DNA of 64,000 nt, filler included, from Asterionella formosa (Eukaryota): assembly GCA_002256025.1 (NCBI GenBank). It is 23 parts of 23 records of this genome, joined end to end, with 100 filler letters (N's around TTAATTAATTAA, not from the genome) between each part and the next. Parts side by side here need not be neighbours in the genome. Positions count along the whole stretch, not along the records: positions 47,434 to 50,113 come from NKIB01014959.1; positions 50,214 to 52,893 come from NKIB01014960.1; positions 52,994 to 55,672 come from NKIB01014962.1; positions 55,773 to 58,451 come from NKIB01014963.1; positions 58,552 to 61,229 come from NKIB01014964.1; 18 more parts are not named here. One strand, given 5' to 3'. Shown here piece after piece: positions 47,434 through 60,265 of the stretch. Positions within the stretch are counted from its first letter, which is position 1. Every line of letters starts with the position of its first letter. The notes under the pieces were generated by a model. The model ran no database searches. It was not told the DNA's origin and was given only the letters and a program-made list of their open reading frames with translations. The position numbers and the translations under genes were made by a program.

Positions 47434-50113
47434 AAGCCGATTCTTTCCAGCTATTAGGCTGATTTCAGTCTAATTGATTGGATTCAGAATGGGTTTTCAA
47501 TCCCTTGCCCCTAGATTATTTCAATGGATATTTCATTTCTGAAAAGTTAATCTAAATCTAAAGAACTGCAGGTTTCTGGAGGTATGCATGGCAATAACCT
47601 TATATAGGTTGAAAAAAGTAAGGTAGATGAGAAGGTGGGGAATTTTAGGTTGAATTAACTGCCCCTGATGATCATTTTAGCTACTAGGTTATTCCGCACC
47701 TAAATTTCAGGAAATGATTGAGAATATTCTTTGCCCTACAGATGAATGCTGGTACAAGGCTACAGACAAAGTTAAACTTCCTTTTCAGTTCTTGGCATTT
47801 AAGGTGTGGAAGAACCTTGTAATAACTCTCTGCTTTCAATACATTTGCGCAGAGTAAAATAGTTGATGGATTGCCTCCCATGGTGGGGAGAAGGTACTGT
47901 TCAACCAGAGCGCTAGCTACTATGTAGCCTCACCTGTAGTCTCCTGCTACATTTTAGGATGTAGTAACTTAGTATGTTTTTCAATTTCCACATGTGCGGA
48001 ACTAAGTGCTCCTGAGAAGGAGCTCAAGGTATGTATTTCTACAATATATGTGTACTGCTGGTACCGATAATGTTCTAACTCATGTGCGTCTCTTTCTACA
48101 TTGCTTTTCTTACTAAGAACAGACGCAAACTAGAGCTAACATACGAGGCATGACACAAGAAGAGAGACTACTTTGGTAGAGCCTATACAACTAGGTTTTG
48201 TGTTGACTTAGCTTCAGCTTCAGGTATGGAAATGCTGCTCATTGCAATTGCACTGCCCATGGGAGGAGGAAGAATACAATTTCTTCCTTTGTCAACTCTA
48301 GTGTGCCTTACCTATGAAGGTGCCTTACCTATGAAGATCATTCTTTATAAGTCCAGGCATGTATTGGCTGAAATAAATGCCAGGTACCAGCTGCCATCAA
48401 TGGAAATGCAGCATCAAGCAAGGTTGCAGTTTTTGAGAAGCTTTCCGAAGAGGACACCAAGCTTGCAATTCCTGAAAAATATTCTTCCGACCTTGCATTT
48501 GTTCCTCCTCATGGTGATGTCAAACCAGTTGCTTTTCAAGTTCCTTCTTCCGATCATCCTACTGTTGATTGTCAGGTTGACAATACTTCTGCACCATATC
48601 CTGCTGCCTTACTAGCTCCAGTCCACTACCAGTTAAAAACTGTAAGCCACCGTTATTTTACTCGATCTTCTAACTGAAAATATTTAAGTAATATAACAAT
48701 CGAAACCTGATGCAATTACTAAGTGTCAATTCAATATCAAAAGATGAAATGCAAAATTATGACTACGGGATATATTATTCTACTGTAGGTAGGTAGGACA
48801 GACGGTTAAGCTGTACATCACACTGACACTAAGAAGTGTATGTTAGATGGTGCACTCTAGCTACTCTACTCAACAAATAAGAAATCAGTTGTGATTCAGT
48901 TTATTGATGCATGAAGATTTAAGTTTTTCAAGATCATTAAGATTGTCACAGCGGTGGCTTACAGTGCATATTTTTCTATCTGTACATGAATACTATATTT
49001 TTTCCCCAAACCATGATTATTTGTACTCTGTTTTTACTACAGATATTATTTCGTATTACTTTACCTGTTATGCGCGATACAATAAGCTTTTTGCAGTTGC
49101 ATAATTACCGAATTCTTCTGATGCATAGTGTGTTAGTAGAAAGCACAATAATGCTGTCCCCACATTTAATTAAAGTAAATTAATTCTATTGGAAGAATCT
49201 TATTATTCTTTTCCATATACACGTATAGAAAAGGAGATGCCCGCTCAATAGAGTAAATGTGAAAATATCCATTTTTCGTAATTTCTTGTCAACAGCAACC
49301 TTTGCACTGTGATAAGTAATTAACAACTTACACATTATATCAATACAAGCAAGGTCTTAAGTTTTTGCTCACTACATAAATCTGAGTAGTATCTTGCAAA
49401 CTAACTTCAAACTGTGCATTTACTCCATTTAGTGGTGGCATAAAAGTTCAAAATGTTGTCATTGCGGGCTAACAGTTTTTAACTGGTCCTATTCCCATCC
49501 GTCACAAACTCCTCAAAATATGAGCAGTCCAAATCTGGTGAATAATTTTGTACTTTAAATTAAATTAGCTCATGTGCTATAAATTTATTACGCACACTAC
49601 GTGATTCACCCCATGTAAGGAGTACTGTTAATTTGACCACCCACCATCATGCGTTGGAAATTGCGACCTTGTTTTCACAACTACCGGTATGTAGTACCAG
49701 GTACCGGTAAGCAAATGACATAGTATGCCGATTCTGCCGATCATACTCGACCCAGTTGGTTGCACTTGCTCGAACAAATTTCGTTTTGCACTTCTTGTGT
49801 TTCTGCTCGCTGCAATCATTATTAGTGAGCTGATTCTATTTCAGGAACACGTTAGATTTGTCATGGCAACTTCTTCGTTGGCTGTTCCCACCGATGCACC
49901 TGCTGAACCCGCAATGCCACGAGTGCTTCCCAAGTCCATCGTTTTCGCAACCTCTGGCCTCGGCGGATGCCTGGGATGGGCTGTCATTCATCCTGCCAAC
50001 ACAATTGCTGTGCGCATGAGCTTAGCCTCCATGCAGGGTCAGAAGTTCTCCTTGGCCAAGATGGGTCAAGAAATGGGGTGGATGAGCGTCTACGACGGTC
50101 TCAGCGCGGGACT
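47434..50113 (+). repeat. Near-identical duplicate of 50214-52893 (probable allelic haplotype)
   Basis: Same start (AAGCCGATTCTTTCC) and end (CAGCGCGGGACT), collinear. Confidence 0.95.
49863..50113 (+). CDS. Mitochondrial carrier (SLC25), oxoglutarate/malate or dicarboxylate type, N-terminal part, allele A
   Basis: FATSGLGGCLGWAVIHPANTIAVRM..GWMSVYDGLSAG; likely start MATSS at 49863. Confidence 0.75.
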
Positions 50114-52642
50114 NNNNNNNNNNNNNNNNNNNNNNNNNNNNNNNNNNNNNNNNNNNNTTAATTAATTAANNNNNNNNNNNNNNNNNNNNNNNNNNNNNNN
50201 NNNNNNNNNNNNNAAGCCGATTCTTTCCAGCTATTAGGCTGATTTCAGTCTAATTGATTGGATTCAGAATGGGTTTTCAATCCCTTGCCCCTAGATTATT
50301 TCAATGGATATTTCATTTCTGAAAAGTTAATCTAAATCTACAGAACTGCAGGTTTTGGAGGTATGCATGGCAATAAGCTTATATAGGTTGAAAAAGTAAG
50401 GTAGATGAGAAGGTGGGGAATTTTAGGTTGAATTAACTGCCCCTGATGATCATTTTAGCTAGCTAGGTTACTATTCCGCACCTAAAATTCAGGAAATGAT
50501 TGAGAATATTCTTTGCCCTACAGACAAATGCTGGTACAAGGTTGCAGACAAAGTTAAACTTCCTTTTCAGTTCTTGGAATTTAAGGTGTGGAAGAACCTT
50601 GTAATAACTCTCTGCTTTCAATACATTTGTGCAGAGTAAAATAGTTGATGGATTGCCTCCCATGGTGGGGAGGAGGTACTGTTCAACCAGAGCGCTAGCT
50701 ACTATGTAGGCTCCTGCTACATTTTAGGATGTAGTAACTTAGTATGTTTTTCAATTTCCACGTGTGCGGAACTAAGTGCTCCTGAGAAGGAGCTCAAGGT
50801 ATGTATTTCTACAATATGTGTGTATTACTGCTGGTACCGGTAATGTTCTAACTCATGTGCGTCTCTTTCTACATTGCTTTTCTTACTAAGAACAGACGCA
50901 AACTAGAGCTAACATACGAGGCATGACACAAGAAGGGAGACTACTTTGGTAGAGCCTATACTACTAGGTTTTGTGTTGACTTAGCTTCAGCTTCAGATAT
51001 GGAAATGCTGCTCATTGCAATTGCACTGCCCATGGGAGGAGGAAGAGTATAATTTCTTCCTTTGTCAACTCTAGTGTGCCTTACCTATGAAGATCATTCT
51101 TTATAATTCCAGGCATGTATTGGCTGAAATAAATGCCAGGTACCAGCTGCCATCAATGGAAATGCAGCATCAAGCAAGGTTGCAGTTTTTGAGAAGCTTT
51201 CCGAAGAGGACACCAAGCTTGCAATTCATGAAAAATATTCTTCCGACCTTGCATTTGCTCCTCCTCATGGTGATGTCAAACCAGTTGCTTTTCAAGTTCC
51301 TTCTTCCGATCATCCTACTGTTGATTGTCAGGTTGATAATACTTCTGCACCATGTCCTGTTGCCTTAGCTCCAGTCCACTACCAGTTAAGCAAAAACTGT
51401 AAGCCACCGTTATTTTACTCGATCTTCTAACTGAAAATATTTAAGTAATATAAGAATCGAAACCTGATGCAAGTACTAAGTGTCAATGCAATATCAAAAG
51501 ATGAAATGCAAAATTATGACTATTGGATATATTATTCCACTGTAGGTAGGTAGGACAGAAGGTTCAGCTGTACATCACACTGACACCAAGTGTATGTTAG
51601 ATGGTGCACTCTACTCTACTCAACAAATAAGAAATCAGTTGTGATTCAGTTTATTGAGACATCAAGATCTAAGTTTTTCAAGATCATTTAGATTGTCACA
51701 GCGGTGGCTTACAGTGCATATTTTTCTATCTGTATATGAATACTATATTTTTCCCCAAATCATGATTATTTGTACTCTGTTTTTACTACAGAAATTATTT
51801 CGTATTACTTTACCTGTTATGCGCGATACAATAAGCTGTTTGCAGTTGCATAATTACCGAATTCTTCTGATGCATAGTGGTGTGTTAGCTAGAAAGCACA
51901 ATGATGCTGTCCCCCCATTTAATTATAGTAAATTAATTCTATTGTTTTCAATATACACGTATAGAAAAGGAGATGCCAGCTCAATAGAGTAAATGTGAAA
52001 ATATCCATTTTTCGCAATTTCTTGTCTACAGCAAGTTCCAACCTATGGGCCATGATGAGTAATTAACAACTTACACTTACACATTATCATATCAATACAA
52101 GCAAGGTCTGAAGTTTTTGCTCACTACATAAATCTGAACAGCTCCTTAGTGACAATAATTAATGTATCTTGCAAACTAAGTTCAAACTGTGCATTTACTC
52201 CATTTAGTGGTGGCATAAAAGTTCAAAAGGGTTGTCATTGCGGGCTAACAGTTTTTAACTGGTCCTATTCCCATCCGTCACAAACTCCTCGAAATATGAG
52301 CAGTCCAAATCTGGTGAAAAAATTTGTACTTAAAATTAAATTAGCTGATGTGCTATGAATTTATTACGCACACCACGTGATTCACCCAATGTAAGGAGTA
52401 CTGTTAATTTCGCCACCATCATGCGTTGGAAATTGCGACCTTGTTTTCACAACTACCGGTATGCAGTATCAGGTACCGGTAAGCAAATGAAGTGATAACA
52501 TAGTATGCCGATTCTGCCGATCATACTCGACCCAGTTGGTTGCACTTGCTCGAACAAATTTCGTTTTGCACTTCTTGTGTTTCTGCTCGCTGCAATCATT
52601 ATTAGTGAGCTGATTCTATTTCAGGAACACGTTAGATTTGTC

Positions 52643-52893
52643 ATGGCAACTTCTTCGTTGGCTGTTCCCACCGATGCACCTGCTGAACCCGCAATGCCAC
52701 GAGTGCTTCCCAAGTCCATCGTTTTCGCAACCTCCGGCCTCGGCGGATGCCTGGGATGGGCTGTCATTCATCCTGCCAACACAATTGCTGTGCGCATGAG
52801 CTTAGCCTCCATGCAGGGTCAGAAGTTCTCCTTGGCCAAGATGGGTCAAGAAATGGGATGGATGAGCGTCTACGACGGTCTCAGCGCGGGACT
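52643..52893 (+). CDS. Same mitochondrial carrier N-terminus, allele B
   Basis: Identical protein; only synonymous differences seen (TCT/TCC, GGG/GGA). Confidence 0.75.
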
Positions 52894-52993
52894 NNNNNNN
52901 NNNNNNNNNNNNNNNNNNNNNNNNNNNNNNNNNNNNNTTAATTAATTAANNNNNNNNNNNNNNNNNNNNNNNNNNNNNNNNNNNNNNNNNNNN

Positions 52994-53196
52994 AACACCA
53001 TATGTTCAGGACTGTTGCTACTGCAGTGGGACAGTAAATCATCATAGTTTTAGGATTGTATGATCGTGAAACTGAAAAGCGTTAGTCGGAGTAATAAGCA
53101 AGCAATAGAACACCATATGTCTATGTTTGCTGCTACTGCAGTGGGACAGTAAATTAATTTAAAATCATTGAACTTTAAGGAACACAATGACAACAG
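52994..53196 (+). repeat. Last units and 3' flank of the 92-bp tandem array family
   Basis: AACACCATATGTTCAGGACTGTTGCTACTGCAGTGGGACAGTAAATC.. matches 59180-59385. Confidence 0.9.
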
Positions 53197-53925
53197 TTAT
53201 CAAGTAGTACAATTTCTTCAACAAAGAAAGGTCGGCAAAGATACCTCTGTTCCATCAGTTGTCTACCGCTTGGGTTAGCATGGACCAGGACTCGTGGTTC
53301 CTATATGATTCTTCAGATTTTTTTCGGATTAACTCATGGTTCTTTGAGTGTTTGATTGAGGTTTTCATGGCGAATGATTGTAAAAGTACTGCTGACACAT
53401 GAAGATGCCGGTGTGAGACTGCCTACTGTAGACGAAGCCACCTTGTTTGCAACCATGATCAATCAGAAATACCCACTTTTAACAAATTGTTGGGGAGCAA
53501 TGGATGGTCTGAAACTGACCCTGCAACGGACTGGAAATGAAACACAGCAGAACAACTTCTACAATGGATGGACCCATGAACACTATGTGACAAACTTGTT
53601 TCTTTTTTCGCCTGATGGAAAAATTCGCTGCTCATATTTCAATGCTCCTGGTGTTCTACATGACTCCACCATGGAAATTTGGTAATCGATCTATGATCAG
53701 ATTGAAACAGTTTACAGGGATACAGGCAAAAAAGTAGTTGTGGATTCAGCATTTGCATCTATGAAATCAAATGCAATGTTGAAATCACATCAAAACAATG
53801 TTGACGCAAATGGTAATCCTCGACAAAGATTTGGTATGAATCGCCAAGCCACCTCCATTTGACAGCTGTCGGAATGGGGAATGCGATGCCTTCAGGGATC
53901 ATTTCCGAGAATCATAGACAAAATG
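53197..53925 (+). pseudogene. PIF/Harbinger DDE transposase fragment
   Basis: CWGAMDG..FYNGW..FSPDG..NAPGVLHDS..VVVDSAF..SEWGMRCLQGSFPR; internal stops; truncated at both ends. Confidence 0.88.
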
Positions 53926-54598
53926 GGCTCTCTCTCTATTCCAAGATCAGTGGATTCAATCTCAGCACTTGCATCTGCTTGTTGCTCGATTCTTCGAAAA
54001 ATTTGTTTGGCATATCTCACCTCAGCAGGGCATGTTGGGTCCCCAGTTGGTTTCTTAACTTTGTGCAGTTGTGAAAACTTTCGGCGAAGTGAAGGTCCTG
54101 TCCGTTCTTTGTCTGGGAAATTCTCATTGTGCTGTGATGCAACAACTTCCCATTCATTGGACCCAATTGGCAGGTGAGTAGAGATGGTTTCCAGCAATGA
54201 GAGAATCTCATTGATCCTGAACTGTTGACCCCGAGACTCTGCATGCTTCGGCGAGCTCTTGGAAACGTTGGTGCACGCCTGGCAGTTGCCGTTCTTGAAA
54301 CTGAACTAGTAGGAGCACGTGAAAAATCGTTGTTGTTCCTTGATGGGGACTGAGTAATCCCAGAAACACCAATCTGAGAAACACCTCATGGGACACCCAT
54401 CCTTCTGTCCTCATCGTCACTGGCAAACTCATCAGCACCAGTGTCATCTTCATTCTCGTCGTCGTCGTCCTCCTCCTCTTCTTCTGGTTGAGTCTGTTGT
54501 TGTTCTTGTTGCTGGTGACGGCAACATTCAAGCAGCCTTGGAGAGGAAGGGAAGCCCTCCCTGGCTGCTCTCCTTTGACCAGAAGAAGATGAAAACAT
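53926..54598 (-). pseudogene. Harbinger partner Myb/SANT-like DNA-binding gene, disrupted, convergent with the transposase
   Basis: LPIGSNEWEVVASQH..RTGPSLRRKFSQL..KPTGDPTCPAEVRYAK; acidic N-terminus; stop and frameshift. Confidence 0.7.
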
Positions 54599-55125
54599 GG
54601 CCGAAATCTAAAAGCAATGATGATCGATTTATTGAGGAGGTTGATTGATATGTAACGATATGCATATGTTTATGCATACCTATTTAGGCAAGAGCAAGCC
54701 ATTTTGAGTAGTATGAGCAAGCAAGTCTTGAAATATTCCGGGAAATTCTATATAGTCATTCATGTCTAAACATCTTTTTATATAATGCACTGTTATTTAT
54801 AACTGTAAAAAATTTGTGTTTGTGTTGACCAAATTTTGGGGTTATGGGTACAACGATTTGTGTTATAATACACATGATATAATAATTTATTATTATCACA
54901 GCGCGCCCACTGTATGATTCTGAACCATCACATGAAAAACTCGAAGTGAAGTCTTGTTCACTATAATAGTTCATATTATTTATGTGAAGTGCACAACTAT
55001 AAAGTGTAGATTGTCCATGTATGAAATAAGACACCACAAATATCCTTACTATTTCACAAATAAAGATGCGTGTAGTAAATGAATTTTTCCCACAAAGTAG
55101 AATCTTTGGCGCACAATACACATTG

Positions 55126-55672
55126 TCAAGTGCTATCATTCAGGTTATGATTGTCAAAGGCAATTATCATTTGTGGAGATTCACATCCCCCATTATGATC
55201 TGTTGGCCTTACAAGTTGAAGCAACTTTTCAACCAATTCATTAGTTGTTGGTCTCTTTGAGCGATTTAACTGAATGCAACGAATGGCTAATGAGCACACA
55301 GAGGACAAAATTCCATTGTCCCATTCCCATGCTAGAGGATCAACATCCTTCACCAGTTTTGGAATTGCCAATTCCAATGCCTCATTAGCGTTTCCTTCAA
55401 AATCATTTGGGAAGTAGTGTTCAGAGAAATTACCCAACCTCGTCCTATCATTTTGGATGCAGCCTGTCACAAGCTCAATCATGACAATGCCAAATGAGTA
55501 AACATCACATGATGCTTCAAATTTATTAACTCCCATAGAATACCCTGGACACACGTAGCCACGTGACCCAAAGACTCCACCATTTGATGTGATCTGTACT
55601 GAAAACGAATTTGCACTGGTTTCATTGGAGTCATCCACAAGAACAAATTTGGCTAAACCATAATCAATCAGC
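55126..55672 (-). CDS. C-terminal half of a TKL/IRAK-Pelle-like protein kinase domain (fragment)
   Basis: LIDYGLAK, GSRGYVCPGY, CDVYSFGIVMIELVTG, LAIRC..KRPT. Confidence 0.8.
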
Positions 55673-55772
55673 NNNNNNNNNNNNNNNNNNNNNNNNNNNN
55701 NNNNNNNNNNNNNNNNTTAATTAATTAANNNNNNNNNNNNNNNNNNNNNNNNNNNNNNNNNNNNNNNNNNNN

Positions 55773-58451
55773 TAAACCCCACACCCCCCCCCCCCCCCCC
55801 CTCGCTCAAAGGGCAGGTTTGAGGGAAGAAGCAAGTGTGACAGATGAGACATACGGTGGGGTGAGACGCCCAGTGATGTTGTCAAGATGCCGGGCAAAAA
55901 GAATTCCACCAGTTTGTTTTGTGATGGCATCTGCGGCATTGAGACCAGATGCAACATCTTCAAGAGCAACCAGATCGCGCTCGACCCAGTCAGTGAGAGC
56001 ATAATGTCGTATATCAATATGACGAGATTGCTTAGTGGGTTGACCAGCATGGGCCATAAGCAAGGCACCACGATTATCTTCATAGAGGAGGGTAGCAAAT
56101 GTCTGGGGAACATGGAGTTCATCAAGGATGGATCGGAGGTAAAGGGCCATTTTTCCAGCATCACTAGCAGCCAAAAATTCGGCTTCTGTGGAACTCAACG
56201 AAATAGTGGGTTGCACACGGCATTTCCAGGAAATGGCAGCACCAGCAAGTTTAAAAACAATGCCAGAGATTGATCGCCGGTGCCGTATGTCATTAGCCCA
56301 ATCAGAGTCAACATAGCCAAAAACAGAAAAAGGGGAATAGCGTTCACTGGCATCAGAGACATCATGATGGAGGTGTTGATCAGCTGGATGGGCAAGCCAA
56401 GAAGGGGAAAAAATGCTAGGGAGCTCAGGATGAGATGAAGGGCGCCAGTATGTGAGACCATGGTCCAGAGTGCCAGCAAGATATTTGAAGACACGTTTGA
56501 CTGCCTGATAGTGAAGGGCAGCAGGGTGGGTGAAGAATTGACTCAATTTAACAACAGGAAAACTGAGTTCAGGATGACAGGTAATCATGGCCCATGTGAG
56601 TTCACCAATGGCTCCCCAATTTCGAAAATAGCTTGTTTCCAGTGCCAGATGTTCAGCCTCTGTGGTAGGACACAAGATGGTGTCAAGGGCTTTGATGTGG
56701 TTATTGTCAGCAGGCATGGGAAGTTTAGATGGTTTCATGTCCATCCAAGCATGATTCTGGAGGAGTTTGCGGATGTATGTACCACAGTGGATAGTGATGA
56801 AATTGCTAGTTTGAATGATATCAATACCGTTGTAATGAGTTAGTAAACCCTGTCGTTTCATAGGTACAAGGAGTTTGCTATCAAGGGCATCACAGATGTG
56901 GGTATAAAGTAGCAAGTCATTGGTTGCAATGGCAAAGTCATCAACTTGTCGAAGGAATAGTACATTTTCATTGGATATTGTATCTTCAGGATGACCTTGT
57001 AAGTTCTTTCTTATTGGAATGACATAACCGACTGGAATGGGTGGATGACCTTTACTAGCCCACCACTCACGGTATTGGGTATCAACACGCATGTAATACA
57101 CCTGTTCAGGGGCAGTGGCTTCAGCAAAGGCATTGGAAACGTCAGCACCAAAGACCAATTTGTTCTCAAGAGCAGCAAGTGCAAAGAAGAGACGCATATC
57201 CGTCATGTCAGGGGTGGGTGCATATGTGGGACCATGAACTTGAGCTTGGCCCCCACGAGAAGAACCATCACAAACAGCCCTAGCCTTTTTTCGGTTTTGT
57301 TCTTCTTCCTTGATTTTGTATATCCATACCCAATGAAAGATGGAAGCATCAAGAGGAGGAGGGCAAGGATCACCAAACATATCCTGCTGTGCATATTGAT
57401 CTAATTGGTGGAACTCAGCAGCAAGCCATTCCAACCAGTCAGGTTGGGTTTGAAGGCCCTTTCGAGTTAAACGACTGGCTTTAGGGACAGAAAAATCTGT
57501 GTGCAAGCTTTGTTGAATTTTATGTATATCTCGAAGTTGGTCAAAATATATTTGAGGTAGACCCTGAGCTGAAAGAGTGTTGTGGATGTCATCAAAGGTA
57601 AAAGAGATGTTGCAGGTGGAGGCATGGGGAGAAGTAGTACGTGCATGAGCAATGGCAGAGACCAGATCAGTAATGGTGAAAACAGGAACATCATTTACAG
57701 ATAAGATATAAGCAAAGCGAAGACGAGAGCGCCAGCGACTGATGCGAGCAGCGGGTGTACCAGGGGTGCAGGATAGCAAGCAAAGGCAGCCACGAATGGG
57801 ATCAAATTGAACTTCCAGGCCAGCTGTGATATGTGTACCTGTGATCGGAATAGATTCAACAAAGCTAGGGCCAAAAGGATTCCCAGACAATTCAATTGAC
57901 ATTACTTCTGGAGCAGAAAGGGCAGCAGCAGCAATGGTAGGATGATCACCAGGAGAAGGAAGAAGGAGGGCATTGGAAAGAGGAGGCGTGAAGTTTTCAC
58001 CAAAGGGTAGGGGAAAAGCACATGCACGGAGTGGAGGAGTCATAGGTGCACACAGAGGAAAAGGTGGTTCAGGGGCAACAGCAGTAATGGGGGTGGATAA
58101 TGCCTCAGTATGGGGCTCCAGGATAGTAGATTGGTGGAGACCAAGGTCAAAGAGAAATTGAGGCCCAGGAGGGCGTTTGGAAGAGGTAAAGCGGGCTTCA
58201 TCAAAAGTGAAGCTGCTACCAATCTTGATACGACCGGAATGAATGTCAATATATAGAACATTTTTATCAGAACCAGAGTACCCAAGAAAAATGCCATCAT
58301 ACGTATGCCGATCCAGCTTAGCAAGGCGAGCACCAGGAATACGTGCTGTGATAAGGGAGCCAAAAACACGTAAGTGGGATAGATCAGGTGGGGAACCATT
58401 CCAGGATTCAAAAGGAGTACACTGAAGCGAAGAGTGCCAGAGGCGATTCTT
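55773..58451 (-). mobile_element. Ty1/Copia 3' half: integrase end, RT, RNase H, PPT and start of 3' LTR
   Basis: GIFLGY; KKARAVCDGS, ADVSNAF, LRQVDDF; RNase H YVDSDWA..SSTEAEF..EDNRG..ADAITK; G18 tract (55784-55801) followed by TG at 55783. Confidence 0.93.
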
Positions 58452-58903
58452 NNNNNNNNNNNNNNNNNNNNNNNNNNNNNNNNNNNNNNNNNNNNTTAAT
58501 TAATTAANNNNNNNNNNNNNNNNNNNNNNNNNNNNNNNNNNNNNNNNNNNNGCGTTCTCGATATGGAACATCTGATATGGTTGAGATGATCATACTCGCA
58601 TATACATAATTCGAAAATACTCAATGCACTATATGTCCATTGTTTTCCACGACTACGTGTACCGGAATTGTTTCTGAAATTTATTTGCATCGATATTTTC
58701 TACGTCCGTTGAAACTAATTATTTAGACCGTTCAATTGCCGCAAGGGTTTTGGTAGCAAATTGTTTAAGCCCCTTTTTGGGCGGGAGCTCTTCATGTGTA
58801 CGGGTACATCATGTGACAATAACAATATATCTTATATATACAGAGTACCAGTAGCAGGTAGTAAGTGATATACTGGGGGTAGTCGGAGTAGTAAACTAGC
58901 AAC

Positions 58904-59341
58904 AGAACACCATATGTTCAGGACTGTTGCTACTGCAGTGGGACAGTAAATCATCATAGTTTTAGGATCGTATGATCGTAAAACTAAAAACCAAAAGAAC
59001 ACCATATGTTCATGACTGTTGCAATTACAGTGGGACAGTAAATCATCATAGTTTTAGGATCGTATGATCGTAAAACTAAAGACCAATAGAACACCATATG
59101 TTCAGGACTGTTACTACTGCAGTGTGACAGTAAATCATCATAGGTTTAGGATTGTATGATTGTAAAACTAAAAACCAATAGATTATCATATGATCAGGAC
59201 TGTTGCTACTGCAGTGAGACAGTAAATCATCATAGTTTTAGGATTGGATGATCGTGAAACTGAAAAGCGGTAGTCGGAGTAATAAGCAAGCAATAGAACA
59301 CCATATGTCTATGACTGCTGCTACTGCAGCGGGACAGTAAA
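58904..59341 (+). repeat. Tandem array of 92-bp units (about 4.5 copies)
   Basis: Unit starts at 58904, 58996, 59088, 59180 (period 92) and 59295 (partial, after a 115-bp unit). Confidence 0.95.
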
Positions 59342-59410
59342 TGAATTTAAGATCATCGAACTTTAAGGAAGACAACGACAACAGCTGGTCGTGTTGCTGG
59401 TCCACTTTTA

Positions 59411-60265
59411 ATGACCGAAGAAGGAAGCAACAAAAAGATCACCATTACAAGCGGAACGAAAGAAATCGCTTACGACGCCAAGTCTGGACGATTCTTTGAG
59501 ACTAACTTGCAGGAAGAAGAATGCATTCCTGAGGAGGAATACTGTGTCGTCGATCCGGAAAGTGGGGAACTCATTTGTCTCACAGTAGCCGAGAAGGAGC
59601 GTATCTTTCTGGACGCGCTTCAGTCCTACTATGCCACTGGAAGGCAAATGCTCAAGGATGACGAGTTTGACCTATTGAAGGAAGATTTGCAATGGAACAG
59701 ATCTTACATGGTTGTCATGAACCGAAAGGAAGCCACATATCTCGCCGCCATGCAGGCATACTTGAAAGGTGAACCGATGATGCCAGATGCTGAGTTTGAC
59801 GCATTGAAGACGGAGCTCAAGGAAACTGGATCGAAGTTTGCAGTCTCAACATCTCCAAAATGCTACATCGACACTGGAATTTGCACTGTCACATTGAAAG
59901 AAGTCCAATTCAGATCAAATCTTCTCTACCTTCCCGCCATTATTGTTCTCACAAGTGTTTGGCTTGGTATTGGTTTCGAACTCTTGTCGACTTTGTTGAA
60001 AATCAACCCGTTGTTCTTCCTCCTCATTGGAACTCTGTTCCTCTACACCGGATCTAAATTTATTACAGAGGAGCTTCTCTTCCCTGGTAAATTCATTGCT
60101 TTCGGGCCTTGCCCCAGCTGTGAAGTTGAGAACCGCGTCTACTTTGGAAAGATCTTGGGTGTGGAGGGTTTCACTGACATTGCTAAAGTCAAGTGTCCTA
60201 GCTGCAAAACTGAATTCAGTGTCCAACGTAAGACATTGCGTGCTTCGACCATTCCGAAAGCATAA
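59411..60265 (+). CDS. PGRL1: PGR5-like protein 1 copy lacking the N-terminal signal peptide (possibly non-functional)
   Basis: EKERIFLDALQSYY..DDEFDLLKEDLQW..EFDALK..PKC..two TM helices..GPCPSC..KCPSC. In-frame upstream sequence is *DHRTLRKTTTTAGRVAGPLLM, with no signal peptide. Confidence 0.92.
   Translation: MTEEGSNKKITITSGTKEIAYDAKSGRFFETNLQEEECIPEEEYCVVDPESGELICLTVAEKERIFLDALQSYYATGRQMLKDDEFDLLKEDLQWNRSYMVVMNRKEATYLAAMQAYLKGEPMMPDAEFDALKTELKETGSKFAVSTSPKCYIDTGICTVTLKEVQFRSNLLYLPAIIVLTSVWLGIGFELLSTLLKINPLFFLLIGTLFLYTGSKFITEELLFPGKFIAFGPCPSCEVENRVYFGKILGVEGFTDIAKVKCPSCKTEFSVQRKTLRASTIPKA

Noticed and set aside
49725..49862. Hydrophobic N-terminal extension on the mitochondrial carrier
   Set aside because: More simply 5' UTR or promoter read in frame; the ATG at 49863 gives a normal carrier start. 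Not excluded without transcript data.
58904..59341. CRISPR array
   Set aside because: The whole 92-bp unit repeats with no unique spacers, there are no cas genes, and the context is eukaryotic.
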